A stretch of DNA of 64,000 nt from Auanema rhodensis (Eukaryota > Animalia > Nematoda): NCBI GenBank assembly GCA_964057225.1, contig OZ059895.1, positions 2,976,001 to 3,040,000 on the forward strand, given 5' to 3'. The translations under genes were made by a program, and so were the position numbers. The notes beneath the pieces were generated by a model. That model was given only the letters and a program-made list of their open reading frames with translations. It did no database searches and was not told the DNA's origin. Shown piece after piece: positions 22,521 through 36,372 of this stretch. Numbering within the stretch: the first letter of the stretch is position 1; the number at the start of each line of letters is the position of its first letter.

Positions 22521-25500
22521 GTACACCCATAAATTATACGCAGCACAGGTTACCCTTAAATAATGAACTGACCGACTAATCAGACATGGATCTTTCCTAG
22601 TTCTGTTGCTTGAATGGATGTTTACCCTACGTAGGCTAGTAAAACATGCCCTTCAAAGCATCAGAACATGTGATCACATTCCAATATTTTTGTATCTATC
22701 TTGTAAAGATAGTAATATATCATATGTTGAACACTATGTTGGAAAGATTTTAAATCAGATTTTTTCAACTTTCACTCAGTTTGTTTTCTTAACTTTGATT
22801 AAGAACCTTGTTGTTCGTACACCCATAAAATATACGCAGCACAGGTTACCCTTAAATAATGAACTGACCGACTAATCAGACATGGATCTTTCCAAGTTCT
22901 GTTGCTTGAACGGATGTTTTCCTACGTAGGCTAGTAAAACATGCCATTCAAAGCATCAGAACATGTGATCAAATTCCAATTTTTTTGTATCTATCTTGTA
23001 AAGATAGTAATATATCATATGTTGAACACTATGTTGGAAAGATTTTCATTCAGATTTTTTAATTTTTATTCAGTTTGTTTTTTAAACTTTGATTAAGAAC
23101 TTTGATTTTTGTTTACCCATAAATTATACGCAGCACAGGTTACCCTTAAATAATGAACTGACCGACTAATCAGACATGGATCTTTCCAAGTTCTGTTGCT
23201 TGAACGGATGTTTTCCTACGTAGGCTAGTAAAACATGCCCTTCAAAGCATCAGAACATGTGATCACATTCCAATTTTTTTGTATCTATCTTGTAAAGATA
23301 GTAATATATCATATGTTGAACACTATGTTGGAAAGATTTTCATTCAGATTTTTTAATTTTTATTCAGTTTGTTTTTTAAACTTTGATTAAGAACTTTGAT
23401 TTTTGTTTACCCATAAATTATACGCAGCACAGGTTACCCTTAAATAATGAACTGACCGACTAATCAGACATGGATCTTTCCAAGTTCTGTTGCTTGAACG
23501 GATGTTTTCCTACGTAGGCTAGTAAAACATGCCCTTCAAAGCATCAGAACATGTGATCACATTCCAATTTTTTTGTATCTATCTTGTAAAGATAGTAATA
23601 TATCATATGTTGAACACTATGTTGGAAAGATTTTAATTCAGATTTTTTCAACTTTCACTCAGTTTGTTTTCTAAACTTTGATTAAGAACCTTGTTGTTTG
23701 TACACCCATAAAATATACGCAGCACAGGTTAACCTTAAATAATGAACTGACCGACTAATCAGACATGGATCTTTCCTAGTTCTGTTGCTTGAATGGATGT
23801 TTTCCTACGTAGCCTAGTAAAACATGCCCTTCAAAGCATCAGAACATGTGATCACATTCCAATTTTTTTGTATCTATCTTGTAAAGATAGTAATATATCA
23901 TATGTTGAACACTATGTTGGAAAGATTTTAATTCAGATTTTCGAACTTTTATTCAGTTTGTTTTTTAAACTTTGATTAAGAACTTTGATTTTTGTACACC
24001 CATAAATTATACGCAGCACAGGTTACCCTTAATTAATGAACTGACCGACTAATCAGACATGGATCTTTCCAAGTTCTGTTGCTTGAACGGATGTTTTCCT
24101 ACGTAGGCTAGTAAAACATGCCCTTCAAAGCATCAGAACATGTGATCACATTCCAATATTTTTGTATCTATCTTGTAAAGATAGTAATATATCATATGTT
24201 GAACACTATGTTGAAAAGATTTTATATCAGATTTTTTCAACTTTCACTCAGTTTGTTTTCTAAACTTTGATTAAGAACCTTGAGTTTTGTACACCCATAA
24301 ATTATACGCAGCACAGGTTACCCTTAAATAATGAACTGACCGACTAATCAGACATGGATCTTTCCTAGTTCTGTTGCTTGAATGGATGTTTACCCTACGT
24401 AGGCTAGTAAAACATGCCCTTCAAAGCATCAGAACATGTGATCACATTCCAATATTTTTGTATCTATCTTGTAAAGATAGTAATATATCATATGTTGAAC
24501 ACTATGTTGGAAAGATTTTAAATCAGATTTTTTCAACTTTCACTCAGTTTGTTTTCTTAACTTTGATTAAGAACCTTGTTGTTCGTACACCCATAAAATA
24601 TACGCAGCACAGGTTACCCTTAAATAATGAACTGACCGACTAATCAGACATGGATCTTTCCAAGTTCTGTTGCTTGAACGGATGTTTTCCTACGTAGGCT
24701 AGTAAAACATGCCATTCAAAGCATCAGAACATGTGATCAAATTCCAATTTTTTTGTATCTATCTTGTAAAGATAGTAATATATCATATGTTGAACACTAT
24801 GTTGGAAAGATTTTCATTCAGATTTTTTAATTTTTATTCAGTTTGTTTTTTAAACTTTGATTAAGAACTTTGATTTTTGTTTACCCATAAATTATACGCA
24901 GCACAGGTTACCCTTAAATAATGAACTGACCGACTAATCAGACATGGATCTTTCCAAGTTCTGTTGCTTGAACGGATGTTTTCCTACGTAGGCTAGTAAA
25001 ACATGCCCTTCAAAGCATCAGAACATGTGATCACATTCCAATTTTTTTGTATCTATCTTGTAAAGATAGTAATATATCATATGTTGAACACTATGTTGGA
25101 AAGATTTTCATTCAGATTTTTTAATTTTTATTCAGTTTGTTTTTTAAACTTTGATTAAGAACTTTGATTTTTGTTTACCCATAAATTATACGCAGCACAG
25201 GTTACCCTTAAATAATGAACTGACCGACTAATCAGACATGGATCTTTCCAAGTTCTGTTGCTTGAACGGATGTTTTCCTACGTAGGCTAGTAAAACATGC
25301 CCTTCAAAGCATCAGAACATGTGATCACATTCCAATTTTTTTGTATCTATCTTGTAAAGATAGTAATATATCATATGTTGAACACTATGTTGGAAAGATT
25401 TTAATTCAGATTTTTTCAACTTTCACTCAGTTTGTTTTCTAAACTTTGATTAAGAACCTTGTTGTTTGTACACCCATAAAATATACGCAGCACAGGTTAA

Positions 25501-26060
25501 CCTTAAATAATGAACTGACCGACTAATCAGACATGGATCTTTCCTAGTTCTGTTGCTTGAATGGATGTTTTCCTACGTAGCCTAGTAAAACATGCCCTTC
25601 AAAGCATCAGAACATGTGACCACATTCCAATTTTTTTGTATCTATCTTGTAAAGATAGTAATATATCATATGTTGAACACTATGTTGGAAAGATTTTAAT
25701 TCAGATTTTTTCAACTTTCACTCAGTTTGTTTTCTAAACTTTGATTAAGAACCTTGTTGTTTGTACACCCATAAAATATACGCAGCACAGGTTAACCTTA
25801 AATAATGAACTGACCGACTAATCAGACATGGATCTTTCCTAGTTCTGTTGCTTGAATGGATGTTTTCCTACGTAGCCTAGTAAAACATGCCCTTCAAAGC
25901 ATCAGAACATGTGATCACATTCCAATTTTTTTGTATCTATCTTGTAAAGATAGTAATATATCATATGTTGAACACTATGTTGGAAAGATTTTAATTCAGA
26001 TTTTTTCAACTTTCACTCAGTTTGTTTTCTAAACTTTGATTAAGAACCTTGTTGTTTGTT
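22521..26060. repeat. Hexameric higher-order repeat (1768 bp), about two copies
   Basis: Marker ORFs 22606/24374 and the AGGTTAACCT variant at 23726/25494 are both 1768 apart. Confidence 0.85.
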
Positions 26061-29000
26061 TACCCATAAATTATACGCAGCACAGGTTACCCTTAAATAA
26101 TGAACTGACCGACTAATCAGACATGGATCTTTCCTAGTTCTGTTGCTTGAATGGATGTTTACCCTACGTAGGCTAGTAAAACATGCCCTTCAAAGCATCA
26201 GAACATGTGATCACATTCCAATTTTTTTGTATCTATCTTGTAAAGATAGTAATATATCATATGTTGAACACTATGTTGGAAAGATTTTAATTCAGATTTT
26301 TTCAACTTTCACTCAGTTTGTTTTCTAAACTTTGATTAAGAACCTTGTTGTTTGTTTACCCATAAATTATACGCAGCACAGGTTACCCTTAAATAATGAA
26401 CTGACCGACTAATCAGACATGGATCTTTCCTAGTTCTGTTGCTTGAATGGATGTTTACCCTACGTAGGCTAGTAAAACATGCCCTTCAAAGCATCAGAAC
26501 ATGTGATCACATTCCAATTTTTTTGTATCTATCTTGTAAAGATAGTAATATATCATATGTTGAACACTATGTTGGAAAGATTTTAATTCAGATTTTTGAA
26601 CTTTTATTCAGTTTGTTTTTCAAACTTTGATTAAGAACTTTGATTTTCGTACACCCATAAATTATACGCAGCACAGGTTACCCTTAATTAATGAACTGAC
26701 CGACTAATCAGACATGGATCTTTCCTAGTTCTGTTGCTTGAATGGATGTTTTCCTACGTAGGCTAGTAAAACATGCCCTTCAAAGCATCAGAACATGTGA
26801 TCACATTCCAATATTTTTGTATCTATCTTGTAAAGATAGTAATATATCATATGTTGAACACTATGTTGAAAAGATTTTAATTCAGATTTTTTCAACTTTC
26901 ACTCAGTTTGTTTTCTAAAATTTGATTAAGAACCTTGAGTTTTGTACACCCATAAATTATACGCAGCACAGGTTACCCTTAAATAATGAACTGACCGACT
27001 AATCAGACATGGATCTTTCCTAGTTCTGTTGCTTGAATGGATGTTTACCCTACGTAGGCTAGTAAAACATGCCCTTCAAAGCATCAGAACATGTGATCAC
27101 ATTCCAATTTTTTTGTATCTATCTTGTAAAGATAGTAATATATCATATGTTGAACACTATGTTGGAAAGATTTTAATTCAGATTTTTGAACTTTTATTCA
27201 GTTTGTTTTTCAAACTTTGATTAAGAACTTTGATTTTCGTACACCCATAAATTATACGCAGCACAGGTTACCCTTAATTAATGAACTGACCGACTAATCA
27301 GACATGGATCTTTCCAAGTTCTGTTGCTTGAACGGATGTTTTTCTACGTAGGCTAGTAAAACATGACCTTCAAAGCATCAGAACATGTGATCACATTCCA
27401 ATATTTTTGTATCTATCTTGTAAAGATAGTAATATATCATATGTTGAACACTATGTTGGAAAGATTTTAATTCAGATTTTCTAACTTTTATTCAGTTTGT
27501 TTTTTAAACTTTGATTAAGAACTTTGATTTTTGTACACCCATAAATTATACGCAGCACAGGTTACCCTTAAATAATGAACTGACCGACTAATCAGACATG
27601 GATCTTTCCTAGTTCTGTTGCTTGAATGGATGTTTTCCTACGTAGGCTAGTAAAACATGCCCTTCAAAGCATCAGAACATGTGACCACATTCCAATTTTC
27701 TTGTATCTATCTTGTAAAGATAGTAATATATCATATGTTGAACACTATGTTGAAAAGATTTTAATTCAGATTTTTTCAACTTTCACTCAGTTTGTTTTCT
27801 AAACTTTGATTAAGAACCTTGAATTTTGTACACCCATAAAATATACGCAGCACAGGTTACCCTTAAATAATGAACTGACTGTCTAATCAGACATGGATCT
27901 TCCCAAGTTCTGTTGCTTGAATGGATGTTTTCCTACGTAGGCTAGTAAAACATGCCCTTCAAAGCATCAGAACATGTGATCACATTCCAATTTTTTTGTA
28001 TCTATCTTGTAAAGATAGTAATATATCATATGTTGAACACTATGTTGGAAAGATTTTAATTCAGATTTTCGAACTTTTATTCAGTTTGTTTTTTAAACTT
28101 TGATTAAGAACTCTGATTTTTGTACACCCATAAATTATACGCAGCACAGGTTACCCTTAATTAATGAACTGACCGACTAATCAGACATGGATCTTTCCAA
28201 GTTCTGTTGCTTGAACGGATGTTTTCCTACGAAGGCTAGTAAAACATGCCCTTCAAAGCATCAGAACATGTGATCACATTCCAATATTTTTGTATCTATC
28301 TTGTAAAGATAGTAATATATCATATGTTGAACACTATGTTGGAAAGATTTTAATTCGGTTTTTTTTCAACTTTCACTCAGTTTGTTTTCTTAACTTTGAT
28401 TAAGAACCTTGAGTTTTGTACACCCATAAATTATACGCAGCACAGGTTACCCTTAAATAATGAACTGACCGACTAATCAGACATGGATCTTTCCTAGTTC
28501 TGTTGCTTGAATGGATGTTTTCCTACGTAGGCTAGTAAAACATGCCCTTCAAAGCATCAGAACATGTGATCACATTCCAATTTTCTTGTATCTATCTTGT
28601 AAAGATAGTAATATATCATATGTTGAACACTATGTTGAAAAGATTTTAATTCAGATTTTTTCAACTTTCACTCAGTTTGTTTTCTAAACTTTGATTAAGA
28701 ACCTTGAATTTTGTACACCCATAAAATATACGCAGCACAGGTTACCCTTAAATAATGAACTGACTGTCTAATCAGACATGGATCTTCCCAAGTTCTGTTG
28801 CTTGAATGGATGTTTTCCTACGTAGGCTAGTAAAACATGCCCTTCAAAGCATCAGAACATGTGATCACATTCCAATTTTTTTGTATGTATCTTGTAAAGA
28901 TAGTAATATATCATATGTTGAACACTATGTTGGAAAGATTTTAATTCAGATTTTCGAACTTTTATTCAGTTTGTTTTTTAAACTTTGATTAAGAACTTTG

Positions 29001-32000
29001 ATTTTTGTACACCCATAAATTATACGCAGCACAGGTTACCCTTAATTAATGAACTGACCGACTAATCAGACATGGATCTTTCCAAGTTCTGTTGCTTGAA
29101 CGGATGTTTTCCTACGAAGGCTAGTAAAACATGCCCTTCAAAGCATCAGAACATGTGATCACATTCCAATATTTTTGTATCTATCTTGTAAAGATAGTAA
29201 TATATCATATGTTGAACACTATGTTGGAAAGATTTTAATTCGGTTTTTTTTCAACTTTCACTCAGTTTGTTTTCTTAACTTTGATTAAGAACCTTGAGTT
29301 TTGTACACCCATAAATTATACGCAGCACAGGTTACCCTTAAATAATGAACTGACCGACTAATCAGACATGGATCTTTCCTAGTTCTGTTGCTTGAATGGA
29401 TGTTTTCCTACGTAGGCTAGTAAAACATGCCCTTCAAAGCATCAGAACATGTGATCACATTCCAATATTTTTGTATCTATCTTGTAAAGATAGTAATATA
29501 TCATATGTTGAACACTATGTTGGAAAGATTTTAAATCAGATTTTTTCAACTTTCACTCAGTTTGTTTTCTTAACTTTGATTAAGAACCTTGTTGTTCGTA
29601 CACCCATAAAATATACGCAGCACAGGTTACCCTTAAATAATGAACTGACCGACTAATCAGACATGGATCTTTCCAAGTTCTGTTGCTTGAACGGATGTTT
29701 TCCTACGTAGGCTAGTAAAACATGCCATTCAAAGCATCAGAACATGTGATCAAATTCCAATTTTTTTGTATCTATCTTGTAAAGATAGTAATATATCATA
29801 TGTTGAACACTATGTTGGAAAGATTTTCATTCAGATTTTTTAATTTTTATTCAGTTTGTTTTTTAAACTTTGATTAAGAACTTTGATTTTTGTTTACCCA
29901 TAAATTATACGCAGCACAGGTTACCCTTAAATAATGAACTGACCGACTAATCAGACATGGATCTTTCCAAGTTCTGTTGCTTGAACGGATGTTTTCCTAC
30001 GTAGGCTAGTAAAACATGCCCTTCAAAGCATCAGAACATGTGATCACATTCCAATTTTTTTGTATCTATCTTGTAAAGATAGTAATATATCATATGTTGA
30101 ACACTATGTTGGAAAGATTTTCATTCAGATTTTTTAATTTTTATTCAGTTTGTTTTTTAAACTTTGATTAAGAACTTTGATTTTTGTTTACCCATAAATT
30201 ATACGCAGCACAGGTTACCCTTAAATAATGAACTGACCGACTAATCAGACATGGATCTTTCCAAGTTCTGTTGCTTGAACGGATGTTTTCCTACGTAGGC
30301 TAGTAAAACATGCCCTTCAAAGCATCAGAACATGTGATCACATTCCAATTTTTTTGTATCTATCTTGTAAAGATAGTAATATATCATATGTTGAACACTA
30401 TGTTGGAAAGATTTTAATTCAGATTTTTTCAACTTTCACTCAGTTTGTTTTCTAAACTTTGATTAAGAACCTTGTTGTTTGTACACCCATAAAATATACG
30501 CAGCACAGGTTACCCTTAAATAATGAACTGACCGACTAATCAGACATGGATCTTTCCTAGTTCTGTTGCTTGAATGGATGTTTTCCTACGTAGCCTAGTA
30601 AAACATGCCCTTCAAAGCATCAGAACATGTGATCACATTCCAATTTTTTTGTATCTATCTTGTAAAGATAGTAATATATCATATGTTGAACACTATGTTG
30701 GAAAGATTTTAATTCAGATTTTCGAACTTTTATTCAGTTTGTTTTTCAAACTTTGATTAAGAACTTTGATTTTTGTACACCCATAAATTATACGCAGCAC
30801 AGGTTACCCTTAATTAATGAACTGACCGACTAATCAGACATGGATCTTTCCAAGTTCTGTTGCTTGAACGGATGTTTTCCTACGTAGGCTAGTAAAACAT
30901 GCCCTTCAAAGCATCAGAACATGTGATCACATTCCAATATTTTTGTATCTATCTTGTAAAGATAGTAATATATCATATGTTGAACACTATGTTGGAAAGA
31001 TTTTCATTCAGATTTTTTAATTTTTATTCAGTTTGTTTTTTAAACTTTGATTAAGAACTTTGATTTTTGTTTACCCATAAATTATACACAGCACAGGTTA
31101 CCCTTAAATAATGAACTGACCGACTAATCAGACATGGATCTTTCCTAGTTCTGTTGCTTGAATGGATGTTTTTCTACGTAGGCTAGTAAAACATGACCTT
31201 CAAAGCATCAGAACATGTGATCACATTCCAATATTTTTGTATCTATCTTGTAAAGATAGTAATATATCATATGTTGAACACTATGTTGGAAAGATTTTAA
31301 TTCAGATTTTCTAACTTTTATTCAGTTTGTTTTTTAAACTTTGATTAAGAACTTTGATTTTTGTACACCCATAAATTATACGCAGCACAGGTTACCCTTA
31401 AATAATGAACTGACCGACTAATCAGACATGGATCTTTCCTAGTTCTGTTGCTTGAATGGATGTTTTCCTACGTAGGCTAGTAAAACATGCCCTTCAAAGC
31501 ATCAGAACATGTGATCACATTCCAATTTTTTGTATCTATCTTGTAAAGATAGTAATATATCATATGTTGAACACTATGTTGGAAAGATTTTAATTCAGAT
31601 TTTCGAAGTTTTATTCAGTTTGTTTTTTAAACTTTGATTAAGAACTTTGATTTTTGTACACCCATAAATTATACGCAGCACAGGTTACCCTTAATTAATG
31701 AACTGACCGACTAATCAGACATGGATCTTTCCAAGTTCTGTTGCTTGAACGGATGTTTTCCTACGAAGGCTAGTAAAACATGCCCTTCAAAGCATCAGAA
31801 CATGTGATCACATTCCAATATTTTTGTATCTATCTTGTAAAGATAGTAATATATCATATGTTGAACACTATGTTGGAAAAATTTTAATTCGGTTTTTTTT
31901 CAACTTTCACTCAGTTTGTTTTCTTAACTTTGATTAAGAACCTTGAGTTTTGTACACCCATAAATTATACGCAGCACAGGTTACCCTTAAATAATGAACT

Positions 32001-35000
32001 GACCGACTAATCAGACATGGATCTTTCCTAGTTCTGTTGCTTGAATGGATGTTTTCCTACGTAGGCTAGTAAAACATGCCCTTCAAAGCATCAGAACATG
32101 TGATCACATTCCAATATTTTTGTATCTATCTTGTAAAGATAGTAATATATCATATGTTGAACACTATGTTGGAAAGATTTTAATTCAGATTTTTTCAACT
32201 TTCACTCAGTTTGTTTTCTAAACTTTGATTAAGAACCTTGAGTTTTGTACACCCATAAATTATACGCAGCACAGGTTACCCTTAAATAATGAACTGACCG
32301 ACTAATCAGACATGGATCTTTCCTAGTTCTGTTGCTTGAATGGATGTTTTCCTACGTAGGCTAGTAAAACATGCCCTTCAAAGCATCAGAACATGTGATC
32401 ACATTCCAATTTTTTTGTATCTATCTTGTAAAGATAGTAATATATCATATGTTGAACACTATGTTGGAAAGATTTTAATTCAGATTTTCGAACTTTTATT
32501 CAGTTTGTTTTTCAAACTTTGATTAAGAACTTTGATTTTCGTACACCCATAAATTATACGCAGCACAGGTTACCCTTAATTAATGAACTGACCGACTAAT
32601 CAGACATGGATCTTTCCAAGTTCTGTTGCTTGAACGGATGTTTTCCTACGTAGGCTAGTAAAACATGCCTTTCAAAGCATCAGAACATGTGATCACATTC
32701 CAATATTTTTGTATCTATCTTGTAAAGATAGTAATATATCATATGTTGAACACTATGTTGGAAAGATTTTAAATCAGATTTTTTCAACTTTCACTCAGTT
32801 TGTTTTCTTAACTTTGATTAAGAACCTTGTTGTTCGTACACCCATAAAATATACGCAGCACAGGTTACCCTTAAATAATGAACTGACCGACTAATCAGAC
32901 ATGGATCTTTTCAAGTTCTGTTGCTTGAACGGATGTTTTCCTACGTAGGCTAGTAAAACATGCCCTTCAAAGCATCAGAACATGTGATCAAATTCCAATT
33001 TTTTTGTATCTATTTTGTAAAGATAGTAATATATCATATGTTGAACACTATGTTGGAAAGATTTTCATTCAGATTTTTTAATTTTTATTCAGTTTGTTTT
33101 TTAAACTTTGATTAAGAACTTTGATTTTTGTTTACCCATAAATTATACGCAGCACAGGTTACCCTTAATTAATGAACTGACCGACTAATCAGACATGGAT
33201 CTTTCCAAGTTCTGTTGCTTGAACGGATGTTTTCCTACGAAGGCTAGTAAAACATGCCCTTCAAAGCATCAGAACATGTGATCACATTCCAATATTTTTG
33301 TATCTATCTTGTAAAGATAGTAATATATCATATGTTGAACACAATGTTGGAAAGATTTTAATTCGGTTTTTTTTCAACTTTCACTCAGTTTGTTTTCTTA
33401 ACTTTGATTAAGAACCTTGAGTTTTGTACACCCATAAATTATACGCAGCACAGGTTACCCTTAAATAATGAACTGACCGACTAATCAGACATGGATCTTT
33501 CCTAGTTCTGTTGCTTGAATGGATGTTTTCCTACGTAGGCTAGTAAAACATGCCCTTCAAAGCATCAGAACATGTGATCACATTCCAATATTTTTGTATC
33601 TATCTTGTAAAGATAGTAATATATCATATGTTGAACACTATGTTGGAAAGATTTTAATTCAGATTTTTTCAACTTTCACTCAGTTTGTTTTCTAAACTTT
33701 GATTAAGAACCTTGAGTTTTGTACACCCATAAATTATACGCAGCACAGGTTACCCTTAAATAATGAACTGACCGACTAATCAGACATGGATCTTTCCTAG
33801 TTCTGTTGCTTGAACGGATGTTTTCCTACGTAGGCTAGTAAAACATGCCCTTCAAAGCATCAGAACATGTGATCACATTCCAATTTTTTTGTATCTATCT
33901 TGTAAAGATAGTAATATATCATATGTTGAACACTATGTTGGAAAGATTTTAAATCAGATTTTTTCAACTTTCACTCAGTTTGTTTTCTTAACTTTGATTA
34001 AGAACCTTGTTGTTCGTACACCCATAAAATATACGCAGCACAGGTTACCCTTAAATAATGAACTGACCGACTAATCAGACATGGATCTTTCCAAGTTCTG
34101 TTGCTTGAACGGATGTTTTCCTACGTAGGCTAGTAAAACATGCCCTTCAAAGCATCAGAACATGTGATCAAATTCCAATTTTTTTGTATCTATCTTGTAA
34201 AGATAGTAATATATCATATGTTGAACACTATGTTGGAAAGATTTTCATTCAGATTTTTTAATTTTTATTCAGTTTGTTTTTTAAACTTTGATCAAGAACT
34301 TTGATTTTTGTTTACCCATAAATTATACGCAGCACAGGTTACCCTTAATTAATGAACTGACCGACTAATCAGACATGGATCTTTCCAAGTTCTGTTGCTT
34401 GAACGGATGTTTTCCTACGAAGGCTAGTAAAACATGCCCTTCAAAGCATCAGAACATGTGATCACATTCCAATATTTTTGTATCTATCTTGTAAAGATAG
34501 TAATATATCATATGTTGAACACTATGTTGGAAAGATTTTCATTCAGATTTTTTAATTTTTATTCAGTTTGTTTTTTAAACTTTGATTAAGAACTTTGATT
34601 TTTGTTTACCCATAAATTATACGCAGCACAGGTTACCCTTAAATAATGAACTGACCGACTAATCAGACATGGATCTTTCCTAGTTCTGTTGCTTGAATGG
34701 ATGTTTTTCTACGTAGGCTAGTAAAACATGACCTTCAAAGCATCAGAACATGTGATCACATTCCAATATTTTCGTATCTATCTTGTAAAGATAGTAATAT
34801 ATCATATGTTGAACACTATGTTGGAAAGATTTTAATTCAGATTTTCTAACTTTTATTCAGTTTGTTTTTTAAACTTTGATTAAGAACTTTGATTTTTGTA
34901 CACCCATAAATTATACGCAGCACAGGTTACCCTTAAATAATGAACTGACCGACTAATCAGACATGGATCTTTCCTAGTTCTGTTGCTTGAATGGATGTTT

Positions 35001-36372
35001 TCCTACGTAGGCTAGTAAAACATGCCCTTCAAAGCATCAGAACATGTGACCACATTCCAATTTTTTTGTATCTATCTTGTAAAGATAGTAATATATCATA
35101 TGTTGAACACTATGTTGGAAAGATTTTAATTCAGATTTTTTCAACTTTCACTCAGTTTGTTTTCTAAACTTTGATTAAGAACCTTGAGTTTTGTACACCC
35201 ATGAAATATACGCAGCACAGGTTACCCTTAAATAATGAACTGACTGTCTAATCAGACATGGATCTTCCCAAGTTCTGTTGCTTGAATGGATGTTTTCCTA
35301 CGTAGGCTAGTAAAACATGCCCTTCAAAGCATCAGAACATGTGATCACATTCCAATTTTTTTGTATCTATCTTGTAAAGATAGTAATATATCATATGTTG
35401 AACACTATGTTGGAAAGATTTTAATTCAGATTTTCGAACTTTTATTCAGTTTGTTTTTTAAACTTTGATTAAGAACTTTGATTTTTGTACACCCATAAAT
35501 TATACGCAGCACAGGTTACCCTTAATTAATGAACTGACCGACTAATCAGACATGGATCTTTCCAAGTTCTGTTGCTTGAACGGATGTTTTCCTACGAAGG
35601 CTAGTAAAACATGCCCTTCAAAGCATCAGAACATGTGATCACATTCCAATATTTTTGTATCTATCTTGTAAAGATAGTAATATATCATATGTTGAACACT
35701 ATGTTGGAAAGATTTTAATTCGGTTTTTTTTCAACTTTCACTCAGTTTGTTTTCTTAACTTTGATAAAGAACCTTGAGTTTTGTACACCCATAAATTATA
35801 CGCAGCACAGGTTACCCTTAAATAATGAACTGACCGACTAATCAGACATGGATCTTTCCTAGTTCTGTTGCTTGAATGGATGTTTTCCTACGTAGACTAG
35901 TAAAACATGCCCTTCAAAGCATCAGAACATGTGATCACATTCCAATATTTTTGTATCTATCTTGTAAAGATAGTAATATATCATATGTTGAACACTATGT
36001 TGGAAAGATTTTAATTCAGATTTTTTCAACTTTCACTCAGTTTGTTTTCTAAACTTTGATTAAGAACCTTGAGTTTTGTACACCCATAAATTATACGCAG
36101 CACAGGTTACCCTTAAATAATGAACTGACCGACTAATCAGACATGGATCTTTCCTAGTTCTGTTGCTTGAATGGATGTTTTCCTACGTAGGCTAGTAAAA
36201 CATGCCCTTCAAAGCATCAGAACATGTGATCACATTCCAATATTTTTGTATCTATCTTGTAAAGATAGTAATATATCATATGTTGAACACTATGTTGGAA
36301 AGATTTTAATTCAGATTTTTTCAACTTTCACTCAGTTTGTTTTCTAAACTTTGATTAAGAACCTTGAGTTTT

